Shown: positions 38,901-48,023, numbered from the stretch's first letter. The stretch is 64,000 nucleotides of DNA from Clostridiales bacterium (GCA_012799455.1 JAAZLE010000096.1:15479-79478); one strand, 5' to 3'. Program-made: numbers and translations. Notes: generated from the letters alone by a model not told the origin.

Positions 38901-41362
38901 TCCCCTACTGGGTTTGTTACGCGCAAATTAGGTAATATTCGCTGCCCTTGATACACAAAAATATATTCATCATCTAAACCTTGCGTGTGTCCATCAAAGG
39001 TAAGCCATTCCATTTCTACAGTACGCTTGGTAATTTGACAATTATTTAAGATAATATCTACAGTTTCACTTCCTATAGGTGGGTCAATTTTATAATTGAT
39101 ATTATTTACGCTACAATTTACCAGCTCAACATTTATGTAACCTGAAGTGGTAACATTACTGACAGGATTGCCACTCGTATCGACAAAATTGCTCTCAGAT
39201 TCATTAAAAATTATATAAGTATTACTTGCATCTCCTGGAAGTAATCCATCGAGCAGATAATGTTCGCCTAAACGCAATCCAGTGACGCTGGATGTTCCAT
39301 CATATTCCTTAGTATAAGGGAACGGAGCGTCTTCCGTTTTAACTTCAATAGATTTTTGTTCTATAGTCACTGTCAATGGTGACCCTGGTGCGGTATATAC
39401 ATATACTTCACTTGGATTATCTGGAGAATTTCCAGCAATGATTTCCCCGTCCTGTAATAGAACTTCTTCGTTTAGATTGGTCGTCCTATAAGGAGAGACG
39501 GTATATGTGCCTACCCTAAAATGAGTAGTAACCGTTCTGCTTCCAGAAATGCCTACAGTGTCATACGCAGTATTAGGATTTCCGGCTAAATCTCTATACT
39601 CACTAACCCATTTTATTCCAGGAAATAACGTAGGACTACCAGCTGGTCCACCTGTAAATGTGATGCCTGCTCTGTCATATGTTTTTTTCCCACTTTCTAC
39701 ATTAAAGGACGTTTCCATTGGAGATGAGTTTATTGTGAAGAAATAAACCATATGATTTTTTGAGGTTTTCGGGAAATTAAATGTTACGGAACCTAATTCG
39801 GACAAGGAGTAGTCATCATACACGGTGTTATATTGTTTTTGATTGTATCTATCATCATATGATGCAGCAGATATATAATATGCACTACTTTGGGCTGCAT
39901 TTGCAACAAGAGTTACTTCGCCTAATAATGTCATTCCAGTGTAGTCAACATTTCCATAAGTAATTCCCCACAAATCTTTATACCGGGTTGCTGTTTCAGG
40001 ATCTAGTTCATTAATGTTAGATTCGGAAGTATGACTTCCGGTTCCCCAACCAAGTTCAAAAACACCACCATCTTTACCAGTCTCTTCTTTATTATTTTCT
40101 CCAATAGATGTTTTGGTAATGGGGCTATTACCTGTGAAATCATATAAATGATGTATGGTTAATTTGCCTCTATTGTTTGAAATATCCCCATCCGACTTAA
40201 TTCTAAATACGTTAGATATGACCAAATTCATCCCCGCTCTTCCAGCCCAAGTGCCAGCATTATTAATTGTTCCTGTTGGAGAAGTGGTTGGAGAAGTGGC
40301 AGATTTATTGGCGGATTTATATAACAATCCATCAATTGTAAAATTAGATGCTCTGTTAGAACCAAAAACATTCCCTGCATATGCGGTAGTAAGGGCATTA
40401 TTATTTGATGGCTTGAGGTTTGATGCCACAACTCCATTTCCTTTAATTACTAAATTAACCAAAGACGGACTTGTAGTCATGAGTTCACCCACAATACCGC
40501 CTGAAATGGAACGACAAGGGTTATTAATTGCGGTTATTTCAATGGCGCTAGCAATTTGGCTATTATTACCCCAGTCAATACGTTGCCCTGCGTTTAGATT
40601 TTGCGCAAGCGCGAATATAAACCCATTATTGTTTAACGTAGAATTCCTAACAGTACCAGTTCCTTGCATGGTTCCAGCAAACCCACCCGCTATTCCACCT
40701 GAGCCTCCTAAATTACCTGAGCCTTCTGAATAATTAATATTGTCTGAACCATCGATACCCAGTGCGGAAAAGGCGGCGTTATTACTAATATTTAATTGGA
40801 CATTCTCTATTTTCCCGTTTGTATCTAATAATCCTGTTATTATACCGGCGCTAATAAAATATGAGTTTTCATCTACAACCTCTTTTCTAGAATAACCTGT
40901 CGAAATATTGTTTGTTAATGCAAAATGTAAATTTGCATCATAATTAATCACCACATTTTTGAAAGTTCCAGTTAGCTTGCCAGAAAAAAGACCAGCATAT
41001 ACATTATTTGCTTCATCTGTAAAATCATGCTTTCTGTAACCTGTTATGGTTATTGTATAGCCTTGCCCGTCAAAAGTGCCGTTATATACATTATTTTTTC
41101 CATATTTGCTAGTTGACCCAACATCTATTGTAATATCTTGAGTTAATTCTATATTTTCTGAAGTTGAGGCGTTGAGAATGTCCAGGAGAGCGGTTCCTGT
41201 ACTAACAGCTGTTGCTTCAGCAGATGTTGGATTATTGTTAAGTTTTGCAGCTCTAGTGTTAGACAAAAACACTACAAGTAAGAGGCTTGTTAAAACAAAT
41301 AACAGCAAGCCAATTTTAAAACATTTTTTCATTAAAGTTAAAACCGAATTATCTTTTTTCAA
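32972..41362 (-). CDS. Giant (2796 aa) secreted, tail-anchored surface protein with GLUG-type beta-helix and many MBG/YGX-type repeats (putative adhesin)
   Basis: N-terminal signal-like segment KKCFKIGLLLFVLTSLLLVVFLSNTRA. Gly-rich GLUG-like motifs (AGLFSGKL, SAGIITGLL, GGSGGIAGGFAG, SGGIVGEL). More than 20 divergent modules of about 75-90 aa carry Y-[DNG]-G or YGE motifs (KEYDGTSSV, LTYNGGNYIG, FTYGGANQNI, KIYDGNNRI, TKTYGELDEV, KVYGEADPDF). There is a C-terminal TM helix (IIIGSIAGVIVLIVLISIL) with a basic tail and no LPXTG. The start is TTG at 41362 (GAGG 7 nt upstream) or ATG at 41332. Confidence 0.85.
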   Translation of the reverse strand: MKKDNSVLTLMKKCFKIGLLLFVLTSLLLVVFLSNTRAAKLNNNPTSAEATAVSTGTALLDILNASTSENIELTQDITIDVGSTSKYGKNNVYNGTFDGQGYTITITGYRKHDFTDEANNVYAGLFSGKLTGTFKNVVINYDANLHFALTNNISTGYSRKEVVDENSYFISAGIITGLLDTNGKIENVQLNISNNAAFSALGIDGSDNINYSEGSGNLGGSGGIAGGFAGTMQGTGTVRNSTLNNNGFIFALAQNLNAGQRIDWGNNSQIASAIEITAINNPCRSISGGIVGELMTTSPSLVNLVIKGNGVVASNLKPSNNNALTTAYAGNVFGSNRASNFTIDGLLYKSANKSATSPTTSPTGTINNAGTWAGRAGMNLVISNVFRIKSDGDISNNRGKLTIHHLYDFTGNSPITKTSIGENNKEETGKDGGVFELGWGTGSHTSESNINELDPETATRYKDLWGITYGNVDYTGMTLLGEVTLVANAAQSSAYYISAASYDDRYNQKQYNTVYDDYSLSELGSVTFNFPKTSKNHMVYFFTINSSPMETSFNVESGKKTYDRAGITFTGGPAGSPTLFPGIKWVSEYRDLAGNPNTAYDTVGISGSRTVTTHFRVGTYTVSPYRTTNLNEEVLLQDGEIIAGNSPDNPSEVYVYTAPGSPLTVTIEQKSIEVKTEDAPFPYTKEYDGTSSVTGLRLGEHYLLDGLLPGDASNTYIIFNESESNFVDTSGNPVSNVTTSGYINVELVNCSVNNINYKIDPPIGSETVDIILNNCQITKRTVEMEWLTFDGHTQGLDDEYIFVYQGQRILPNLRVTNPVGDDIVNVSSLTFKNSTSNDPFECIDVGTYHTRVGSLSGEDVANYRLPEDQNIINSYSISFGITPKAIKVLWPSNKIFTFDKNPHAFQCSIENAQSEIYARDTVSITAEYKNANNVIVSELRNAGTYSATAIKTETEGRNNYYIYNTSQITITGIIINPWNVDVFFTTGTNSSVQPLTYNGGNYIGSADGLKVNVSTLNTELTSEYLGLSYKDKNNTPITEVRTVGKYDATAFIKNGTEGNYRYLTTNYTINTNTNSQEIEVIPKEVSLTYGTLSFIYDSYSKKDSVIVNVTTSEIVSGDTVNVTKNWGDSAVINVGSYTLICGVSNPSYKVKTTFEQRTVSITARSINGEQHLTIDAIPDQEYSFSAKEPLPSIRYRGVLLIKDRDYSLTYSNNINAGNAAASVQIVGKGNFKDNITTTFTITKKLLNVNISIPQTLIYNAQSKKTDISATLSGVISGDQSPTIYYDFYDTTTSSLCLDPKAAGNYKVIIKFTEENYRMPIEANRTRTFNILKRELGILFSSYSNLTFINEPLSIGVQFDTNKPLAEPDSGLVSLKQDHLYGPPTNRIPTGQIFNAGTYQTTVTLTGNSGSESFTNYLITSSNLPNTTAQNCNILNYIVKPKDLIISFSQDNTRIYNKSAQHIQYSAKPGYGPLGTDTIENITRLQYTSTTGINTTSVSQAGVYTVTAHSNNNNYKILSTEPNIVRFEITPKPLKLYLTYNELPLENNKEFTYGGANQNIADAIRYSYRPGFSYITGDEPRVDKQVYNGLQKVDTAYTVSDNYRITINLANTEKNYVLITEVENPEFDSVLERHFKIKPRPVQITFNLSENIQYTGASSSEIPVALTGGDGYVSELSSEPSGIIEGETINLLAHVESYLDKSISLDNTEVTYYTPGSQTSYKNCGQYKVKATISNNSNYYIYTSENVLDTKIFNVTPYYITLVPINITKTYGELDEVSDLTVKTTGLGEDGYISTVLIRTPGENVGTYYYTGHSYTGSLNYNVSVNLSATDDVGAVFRFEIIERIYNITPKQFTIQWDEWTEGIQPLTPTETINVVMPLTTVSVDLTYSRTGGESPDAGIYDIIGIYETNENISFKISGTNNSGGKNKYIIVGRPVTLQIKDFIKVYGEADPDFYSDSNFKVKISDLPTTLQNAYNANPENFVWSDLIKCTRQLGENYIPGGYQITYTFIGEEAKNYRLQLYEFNDITVLKTSAVLMIEKYVVDIADIDIAYSNSKIYDGNNRIDQRKISLKPESRALLSSKNQELFNRGFNVSGMFISTTEGEADSDAGINKKIKVYFSVNADSVNNFTLPDPFVICENGRIDKVKMPITLSRITTETEPSIYYGESPTIISNYHGTETVLYQGNTNVQFHINYGKYKNTEYSFVGSDSPTLLNLSLRVVYSDSSESIVCNSNIKDAGNYVVKLALNENANIKNYDIIYHSNEEDVVFNDADSFTSSFIIKQKTIEIIPSGVVFRKPADSTTLAHITNEHFILYGLLEKDIGLVNISYAAELNTFLPDDPNAKVIVKNISISGGSQSSNYILANESFEIEARILSLARIKFNKPNPTHFNNNPVVVSPEVEYYIPGATLKLNNEIIVPGSTNSDLDGYNTTVNIKVYYQGKEGVFYAKSSTPPKNAGIYIVSSEITNDSGYTLRGPTTELEIKKVKPTIVLDGNSYQEYGTCFQEFTARAIAEGLDEALEVSYSFAEENGLLPLYPKAGYHTVIAKYQAPAQTELNPFSNYISTEVTREIKISQKQVRIVFDLKPKDTEGNIVEEFIYNGRDKIPELGISIQGIAPNDTCYPILQIRKDNQPFTQTQIIDAAQYFINVGVSNDSYYIAGTSSISIRVKKAVLKVIPVIDKSTPAGQKPAYTLHYEGFLPGDSEEDLLGLPSLSLSNSQVGTNIAQPSGGIDSNYEYEYITEEYEIIYEKPTSPTENNMMYIIIGSIAGVIVLIVLISILSRRSMLKAFSKKHSKRK

Positions 41363-41571
41363 AAGCTAGCCTCGCTAATTTTAAGGGACTTCTCATTGTT
41401 GAGAAAGCCTTAAATAATTAAAGTTATGTTTTTATAATTATATACTATGCGCACGCGTATGTCGATAGTTACCCTAAGATTTCATAATATTTTCACTAAT
41501 CATTTAGGTGTAACATGGTTCTTATGCATATATTTTTAACAACTTATCAAAACTATGGTTTGAAGCAATAT

Positions 41572-42237
41572 TTATTCAACTTCAATTATATCTTCGTCTT
41601 TTAAAAAGTCTGGGATATCAGATGAATCGTCTTTAAGGCTTTTTTGTTCCTTTACAACATTTGCTGCTGTATCTCGATAAAGATCTTCTGATTTTGCATA
41701 GTATTTGTCAAAATTGTTCTTAATTTCAGTCATCAATTCTTCGTAATCTGGCAGATCGGATATAGATGAGATGCCAAACTTGCGTAAAAATTCAATTGTT
41801 GTGCCATAGATAATAGGCCGCCCTACGGTTTCCTTTCTGCCAATACCATCGATTAGTCCAATATTTAGCAGTGCTGACACGGCATAGTCTGAATTAACTC
41901 CGCCACGTATATCTTCAATTTCAGCTTTTGTAACAGGTTGCTTATATGCAATTATCGCTAGAACTTGGAGTAGGGTTTTACTAAGTTCGCGCTCCCTAGT
42001 TTCAATTAAAATACCAGATAATGTTTCACCATATTGGGGGTTAGACTGAAATTGTAAAACGTTTGCGGCTTCAATGAGTATAACTCCACTATCTCCTGAA
42101 TATATATTCTTCAGTTCAGATATTGCTTCCAGAATATCTTTTTCTAGAAAATCATCTTTCAAGCCATTAATTATTTTTTCTGTATGCATTCCATGTCCGC
42201 TAGCAAAAATAAGTGCTTCAATTATATTCTTCAACAT
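41572..42237 (-). CDS. scpB: Segregation and condensation protein B
   Basis: 221 aa. NIIEALIFASG start and two winged-helix repeats (LQVLAIIAYKQPVTKAEIEDIRG). Overlaps the end of scpA. Confidence 0.93.
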   Translation of the reverse strand: MLKNIIEALIFASGHGMHTEKIINGLKDDFLEKDILEAISELKNIYSGDSGVILIEAANVLQFQSNPQYGETLSGILIETRERELSKTLLQVLAIIAYKQPVTKAEIEDIRGGVNSDYAVSALLNIGLIDGIGRKETVGRPIIYGTTIEFLRKFGISSISDLPDYEELMTEIKNNFDKYYAKSEDLYRDTAANVVKEQKSLKDDSSDIPDFLKDEDIIEVE

Positions 42238-43045
42238 TTTTTAACAAAATCTCCTTTAAATTATTAACATTATACGTATCCCTATTTTTATTTAAATGTA
42301 ACCAGATTGACTCCACTTTATCATCGATATCTTGCGAAACTGATAAAAATTGCTCTTTGCAAAGTTCTAATATTGCTAAAAATGTATTTATGACTTCCAA
42401 TTTTGAAAAATCCGAATCTATGAAATCTATATACCTAGCAACTTTATATACTTCCATATAATCCATGATGTACCTAATTCTGTCCGCTACTTTAAATCGC
42501 TCAGTCGGTATTTTTTTTACAACATTTGAATCTTCTGTAAACTCTACATCTTCTAACAATGTGGAAAAAGCAGTAATCATTTTGTTCAAATCAAAATTCT
42601 TTATCACAAGATTATATTCTTTTTCATTGTATTCAGGCTCTCTGTAAAACCTATGTAAAATTTCAATTTTTTCAAGCTTCTCTGCAGCTTTTCTATAAAT
42701 GGCGTATTCAGCAGTTCGATACTTGAATTCATCCTCTTCTGAAAGAATTAATTCATCACTAAGCTCGTCAAACTCTATTCTTGGCAATAACCTAGATGAT
42801 TTTAGCTCAAGTAATGTTGCGGCTAGAAGTAAAAAACCAGATATTTCTTCATAATTTTTATCTTCCATTGAACTAACATAATCAACAAATTGCCTAGTGA
42901 TATCGGACACTAGAATATCTTCAATTGCTATTTCTTGTTTGGAGCACATTGACAATAATACATCAAGAGGGACTTCTTGATTATAAAGATGATAATTTAA
43001 TGGAGAGGATGGCTTGTTCGTTGTCGAATTATTACTGGATTCCAA
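42218..43045 (-). CDS. scpA: Segregation and condensation protein A (kleisin)
   Basis: 275 aa. EVPLDVLLSMCSKQEIAIEDILVSDITRQFVDYV is the ScpA N-terminal signature. Confidence 0.93.
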   Translation of the reverse strand: MESSNNSTTNKPSSPLNYHLYNQEVPLDVLLSMCSKQEIAIEDILVSDITRQFVDYVSSMEDKNYEEISGFLLLAATLLELKSSRLLPRIEFDELSDELILSEEDEFKYRTAEYAIYRKAAEKLEKIEILHRFYREPEYNEKEYNLVIKNFDLNKMITAFSTLLEDVEFTEDSNVVKKIPTERFKVADRIRYIMDYMEVYKVARYIDFIDSDFSKLEVINTFLAILELCKEQFLSVSQDIDDKVESIWLHLNKNRDTYNVNNLKEILLKNVEEYN

Positions 43046-43052
43046 TTATGAT

Positions 43053-43778
43053 TTACCCTCCAAAATGATAAATAATACTTTTAATTTCTACGTAATCTAG
43101 GAGTTTGGTTATCAAATTGTTGAAACTTCCAAACAAATCCAACCATGGAATGCTTGCGTATCGTCCAATTATTCCTAGAAAAACGATGGTAAATATAATT
43201 ACCTGCCCCCATTTTATCATAAAACTTTGATAAAGGGTATTTTTAGGTAATAGTATATTAACTAAATTATAACCGTCAAGAGGGTATATGGGTAATGAAT
43301 TAAAAAGCGCTAGCATGATGTTGATTCTAATCCCCGCTGTAATGAATGTATTCAACATAATCTTTAAAAAACTTAAAAAAACGCTATCATTTGACTTATA
43401 AAATAAAGGTACCATTAAAAAATACAGAAGCAAAAATATGCCTGCTAATATGCAATTCGTAATTATTCCTGCCAATGAAACTGTTATCATTCCGCTTTTG
43501 TATTTTTTAAAGTTCGAAGGATTTATTGGGACAGGTTTTGCCCAACCGAACCCGGTCAGAAAAATAAGTATTGTTCCAACCGGCTCGAAATGAGTTGAAG
43601 GATTAAAAGTTAAACGCCCTCTATTCTTCGCTGTGTTATCGCCGTTAAGCAAGGCAACATAACCGTGGCTAACTTCATGAGAAATTATTGAAATGATAGC
43701 AACAAGTACAAATCCAATTAATACAGCTATTTTGTTGAAAAAAGTTCCTGGACCTAAGAGGAGGTTGATTGCAAACAT
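43053..43778 (-). CDS. Site-2 protease family (M50) membrane metalloprotease
   Basis: HEVSHG zinc motif in a TM helix, NSLPIYPLDG second motif and multiple TM helices. An AGGAGGG SD lies upstream. Confidence 0.8.
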   Translation of the reverse strand: MFAINLLLGPGTFFNKIAVLIGFVLVAIISIISHEVSHGYVALLNGDNTAKNRGRLTFNPSTHFEPVGTILIFLTGFGWAKPVPINPSNFKKYKSGMITVSLAGIITNCILAGIFLLLYFLMVPLFYKSNDSVFLSFLKIMLNTFITAGIRINIMLALFNSLPIYPLDGYNLVNILLPKNTLYQSFMIKWGQVIIFTIVFLGIIGRYASIPWLDLFGSFNNLITKLLDYVEIKSIIYHFGG

Positions 43779-43817
43779 TAAATGAACCCTCCTGTTTAAA
43801 TAGTTATTTTATATATT

Positions 43818-44708
43818 TTACAATAATGGATATTTTTGCTCAAGTGAACCATCTAGTATTTTGTAATTACTTAAATAGTACCTTTTCATCGTGATCGTAT
43901 CTTCAGCTTGTGTCCCGTCACTTTCGCAAATTATCAATGGTTTTAGTTTCAAATTAATAAGCTCGTCTATTAGAGGTTCAAAATCGGGTCCATATTTTGA
44001 GTCGGCAAACGTAAGGTGTCTAATTTCTCCGCGAATGCCATATTCGATTTTACTGAAGTGAGCATGCATGTTTACAACCTTGTTAAAACCAAGATTAATT
44101 ATTAATTTTTGAAGCAAAGTATTATAGTTTTTAGCGTTATTTAGAATACCTTGCTCTCTTGCATTAATGTGGCCGAAGTCGACACAAGGAATAAATCTAT
44201 CATCTAGTTTGCATATTTTTATAATTTCATCAACAGTTCCCATTTGACCAACCTTACCCATTGTCTCCCAACATAACAGAACGTTTGTAATATTATTTAT
44301 ATCTAAAATTTCTATTAATTTTTTTATGTTATCAAGCATAATCTCTTCGGCAACATTTCTTTGTAATTTACCTTGTGATGCTGGATGAATAATAATACGA
44401 TTGGCACCAAGTTCTGATGCTTTGTTAATTGAATTAATAATGTAACCAAACGACTTACGAATCATCTCATCATCAGTGTTTGAAAGATTGATGTAGTATG
44501 GAGCGTGTACAGTTAGTTCGACTCCCTCATGCTGAAATGCATCCTTTATTTCATTAGCGGAAGACGTTGATAAATTAACGCCTCGCCCAAAAGAATATTC
44601 AAAAACATCAATACTTCTGTCTTTGCACCATTTTGCAGCATCCACGGTTTTATTAAAGCCTTCTTCATAAAAACTATTTGAATTGCCTGCAACTCCGAAT
44701 TTAATCAT
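43818..44708 (-). CDS. Endonuclease IV-family (AP endonuclease 2, TIM-barrel) protein
   Basis: Metal-ligand pattern consistent with Nfo: VHAPYYINL, IIIHPAS, CWETMG, CVDFGHINA, NMHAHFS, ICESDG. An AAGGAG SD lies upstream. Confidence 0.8.
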   Translation of the reverse strand: MIKFGVAGNSNSFYEEGFNKTVDAAKWCKDRSIDVFEYSFGRGVNLSTSSANEIKDAFQHEGVELTVHAPYYINLSNTDDEMIRKSFGYIINSINKASELGANRIIIHPASQGKLQRNVAEEIMLDNIKKLIEILDINNITNVLLCWETMGKVGQMGTVDEIIKICKLDDRFIPCVDFGHINAREQGILNNAKNYNTLLQKLIINLGFNKVVNMHAHFSKIEYGIRGEIRHLTFADSKYGPDFEPLIDELINLKLKPLIICESDGTQAEDTITMKRYYLSNYKILDGSLEQKYPLL

Positions 44709-44731
44709 ATTATACTCCTTAATTTAACTTA

Positions 44732-45607
44732 TTAATTCAAATTTATTATATGTTTTAAATCTTCTTCAATTTGTTTTTTTAACTCCATTTTATTTTCAAA
44801 CTTTATGTTTTCTCTAATTTTTTTAATAAACTCAATTCTAATGGTTTTGCCATATATATCTTTATTAAAATTAGTTATGAATGTTTCAATCGTATGCTTA
44901 TAATAATTAAATGTAGGACATGGGCCTATATGTGTTAGTGAATTCATAGTTTGGTCATTGTTAATATATGTTTTGGTTAAATAAACGCCAGGAGATGGTA
45001 AAACTTTCTCATAAGATACCTCTATATTTGCTGTCTTTATTCCATATTTTCGTCCTTCTCCACGTCCTTTTATAACTGTTCCATTAATAGAATATTTACG
45101 GTATAACAATTGATTAGCTTCTTCTATTTTACCATTATTAATTAGAGTTCTAATTGTTTCAGAGGATACTTTGGCATTATTAATTTTAAATAATGGTTCT
45201 ATGAAAGTAGTTATATTTTTCAAGGATAAGAAATCCGCTAATTCATTAGCACTGTTTTGTGCATTTTTTCCATATCTAAAGTCAGATCCCACGACTACTC
45301 CCGCAAGGTTAAAATGTGTTAAAAGAAAATTATGAAAATCATTTACAGTCATATTTAAAAAACTTACGGTTGGGCTTGCAAAATAGACATAATCAATTCC
45401 GATGTTTTTTAGTTTTTCTTCTTTTTCAAAAGAAAGATCAATTAGTTTTGTTGGGATGTTTCTTGTTCGGAAAAAGTCATCATTAAATGTAAAAACAGCG
45501 GTTTTGCAATTTATTAGACGAGCTTCGGACATCGCTTTATATAGTAATCTCAAATGTCCTTTATGTACTCCATCAAAAAAACCTATTGCTAAAAATACTT
45601 TTTCCAT
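44732..45607 (-). CDS. ribF: Bifunctional riboflavin kinase / FAD synthetase
   Basis: GFFDGVHKGH nucleotidyltransferase motif and a C-terminal riboflavin kinase domain (GRGEGRKYGIKTANI). Confidence 0.93.
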   Translation of the reverse strand: MEKVFLAIGFFDGVHKGHLRLLYKAMSEARLINCKTAVFTFNDDFFRTRNIPTKLIDLSFEKEEKLKNIGIDYVYFASPTVSFLNMTVNDFHNFLLTHFNLAGVVVGSDFRYGKNAQNSANELADFLSLKNITTFIEPLFKINNAKVSSETIRTLINNGKIEEANQLLYRKYSINGTVIKGRGEGRKYGIKTANIEVSYEKVLPSPGVYLTKTYINNDQTMNSLTHIGPCPTFNYYKHTIETFITNFNKDIYGKTIRIEFIKKIRENIKFENKMELKKQIEEDLKHIINLN

Positions 45608-45648
45608 TTAATATTTCCTTATGTCAATTAATATTTTATTTATAGTAA

Positions 45649-46545
45649 CTATATGAGCCAGGTTTCTACTTCTAATATGTTATTTGAAACAAAAGCAATC
45701 CCGACAATTTTATTATTTAGTGTTAAAGAAAAAGGTGTTCTTGTGTTAGTGATTATTGTATTGACCTTAAAACTCAAGCCATTTCTAATTTGATTAAACT
45801 GACTTTCTGTAATTTGTATCTTAGGGAATAAAATGATTTTTTCAATAGGAATAATGTGTTTTTCGGGTTCTTTTTCAAATTCTTCTACAGATATTGCATT
45901 TTCTATATTAAAGTTTCCGCTACTTTCTCGTTTTAGAAAGGACATTGTTCCTTTTGTCCCTACCAGGTTTGCCATGTCTCTTACAATTGATCTAATATAT
46001 GTTCCCGCAGAACATATGATGCGGAATGCGAATTCGCTATCATTGCCTATATCTTCTTCTGAGCTTAAAAGTTGTATTTTATCAATAAATATTCTTTTTG
46101 GTTTTAGTTCAAATTCTAGACCTTTGCGTGCTAGTAAATATGCTCTTTGACCATTTATAAACTTAGCTGAGTATTTAGGTGGAAATTGTAAACTTTCCCC
46201 CTCTAACTGTATACAAGCTTTTTCAATATCATTAAAAGACGGGATTGTTTTAGTAGTTTCAATTATTCTGCCAGTGAGATCTAAGGTGTCTGTAGTAAAA
46301 CCAAAAATAAATTTAGTATAATATGTTTTTTTATCATCTAAATGATAGTTGAATAAACGGGTAGCTCTACCTATAGCAATCGGCAACACTCCTTCTGCTT
46401 CAGGGTCTAAAGTTCCAAAATGCCCTACTTTTAATGGCTTATTGTGTGGCAATCCCGAGTTAAGCACAATTCGTTTGATTTTAGAAACAATTTGAGCAGA
46501 AGAGTTTCCTTTGGGTTTATTGATAATAACAACACCATTAATCAT
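45649..46545 (-). CDS. truB: tRNA pseudouridine-55 synthase
   Basis: NKPKGNSS and HFGTLDPEAEGVLPIAIG catalytic motif. Lies in the conserved rbfA-truB-ribF order. Confidence 0.95.
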   Translation of the reverse strand: MINGVVIINKPKGNSSAQIVSKIKRIVLNSGLPHNKPLKVGHFGTLDPEAEGVLPIAIGRATRLFNYHLDDKKTYYTKFIFGFTTDTLDLTGRIIETTKTIPSFNDIEKACIQLEGESLQFPPKYSAKFINGQRAYLLARKGLEFELKPKRIFIDKIQLLSSEEDIGNDSEFAFRIICSAGTYIRSIVRDMANLVGTKGTMSFLKRESSGNFNIENAISVEEFEKEPEKHIIPIEKIILFPKIQITESQFNQIRNGLSFKVNTIITNTRTPFSLTLNNKIVGIAFVSNNILEVETWLI

Positions 46546-46611
46546 ATTTAAACTCTCTTATAATACAAAATTTAACAATATCATGGATATGGGTTTATAC
46601 TTTCTAACGAA

Positions 46612-47607
46612 CTATTCGAGACTGCTTTTTTGTAAGAAAGCCTCAGAATAATTTAAAATGTTATCTATTACTTGTTCGTATGGCTTGTTGATTTTACATC
46701 CACTTGCATGTTTGTGCCCACCCCCGCCAAAATATTTTGCAAACTCACTTGCATTAATATTTTGTTTTGATCGGATACTAATTTTAAAAGCATCCTTTGT
46801 ATTTTCTTCAGCAATTGCAATTGCTAACATAACTTCATCTATTTCGATTAGCGAGTTAATAATACCTTCAGTACTCGTTATTTTTGTACTTGTTTTATCA
46901 AAGTCACTTTGTTTAAATGTAATGATTCCTAGTTTATTATTAAAATAAAATTTTGCATTGTTTAGCACAGAGGCCATCAATTTAAATTCGCCTATAGTGC
47001 GTTCTTTATAAACCTTCAATATAATCTCAGGGCCGTTAATATTATAAGTTAATAATTTTGATGCAATAGTTAAGGTTTCATTTGTTGTTGTACTAAATGA
47101 AAAAACACCCGTATCAGCAGCAATTGCTCCATAAAGACATATTGCAATATCATTATCTATTGCCAATTTGTCGAAGTTTTCAAAAAGTTTAAATAATATT
47201 TGAGCAGTTGCTCCCGCATGGGATTCGATAATAGAATCTTTTTTAGGAGGTTTGTCAATGTATTCATGATGATCAATCCATAATTTTTCATCGCAATTGT
47301 TAAGGAATATATTAGCTGATTTTTTCCCCATTCTATCAATAGTTGCGCAATCTAAGCAAATCCCCAAATCAAAAACTGTTTTAGAACAATTATTACTTAT
47401 TTGGATAATATTAGCATTAGGAAAGAATTCTAAATTTTTACGTAATAAATTCTCCGGCTCAAGGAAGACAGTTGCACTTTTCCCTAAGTTAGTTAAAAAC
47501 TTATACATTGCAAGAGAACTTCCGATGCAATCAGCATCTGGATTAATATGCATAAAGATTGCAATATTTTCTGCAGGGAGGATTTTATTGGTAAATATTT
47601 TATACAT
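46612..47607 (-). CDS. nrnA: DHH/DHHA1 phosphoesterase, NrnA-like oligoribonuclease / pAp phosphatase
   Basis: HINPDADCIGS, DHH motif (WIDHHE) and GGGH motif (FGGGGHKHASG). Confidence 0.85.
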   Translation of the reverse strand: MYKIFTNKILPAENIAIFMHINPDADCIGSSLAMYKFLTNLGKSATVFLEPENLLRKNLEFFPNANIIQISNNCSKTVFDLGICLDCATIDRMGKKSANIFLNNCDEKLWIDHHEYIDKPPKKDSIIESHAGATAQILFKLFENFDKLAIDNDIAICLYGAIAADTGVFSFSTTTNETLTIASKLLTYNINGPEIILKVYKERTIGEFKLMASVLNNAKFYFNNKLGIITFKQSDFDKTSTKITSTEGIINSLIEIDEVMLAIAIAEENTKDAFKISIRSKQNINASEFAKYFGGGGHKHASGCKINKPYEQVIDNILNYSEAFLQKSSLE

Positions 47608-47610
47608 TAG

Positions 47611-47973
47611 TTAGTCATCCTTTTTTGTAGCGTTAATATTTGTTTGTTCTAGTAACACATCTATATGTGATGCGTATTCTAAACTTTCGTCTAATATGAA
47701 TATTAAATTGGGAACTTTTCTGATTTTAAGTTTGGTATATAATAGTTTTTTGATAAAACCTGATGCAGTTTGAACAATGGCAATTGCATCTTTTCCAGAA
47801 ACTTCGCTATCGTAAAAACTTAAGTAAACTCTACATACATCTAAATCTTTAGTTGTACTTACTCCCATTACTGTAATTATTCCTAAATTATTAAATCTAG
47901 GGTCCTTAATTTCGTTATGAAGGATTTCAGTAATTTTCTTTTTTAACTCAGAGTTTACACGTTCAATATTCAT
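47611..47973 (-). CDS. rbfA: Ribosome-binding factor A
   Basis: 120 aa KH-like protein (RVNSELKKKITEILHNEIKDPR). Immediately downstream of infB. Confidence 0.93.
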   Translation of the reverse strand: MNIERVNSELKKKITEILHNEIKDPRFNNLGIITVMGVSTTKDLDVCRVYLSFYDSEVSGKDAIAIVQTASGFIKKLLYTKLKIRKVPNLIFILDESLEYASHIDVLLEQTNINATKKDD

Positions 47974-48023
47974 AATCTTTCCTCTATTACTTTGATCTTC
48001 CAGTGATTACTGCAACATAAATG

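Noticed and set aside
40155-40733. 192-aa + strand ORF, plus several 60-90-aa ORFs, antisense inside the giant adhesin gene
   Set aside because: They are low-complexity Pro/Leu/Ala-rich mirror translations of the Gly/Asn/Thr-rich coding strand. They have no SD or promoter, and the 8.4-kb - strand ORF is clearly the real gene.
33000-41300. Possible exact nucleotide tandem repeats within the giant gene
   Set aside because: The protein modules are repetitive, but by eye the DNA copies are highly diverged and I could not confirm any exact tandem repeat. A dot-plot would be needed before claiming one.
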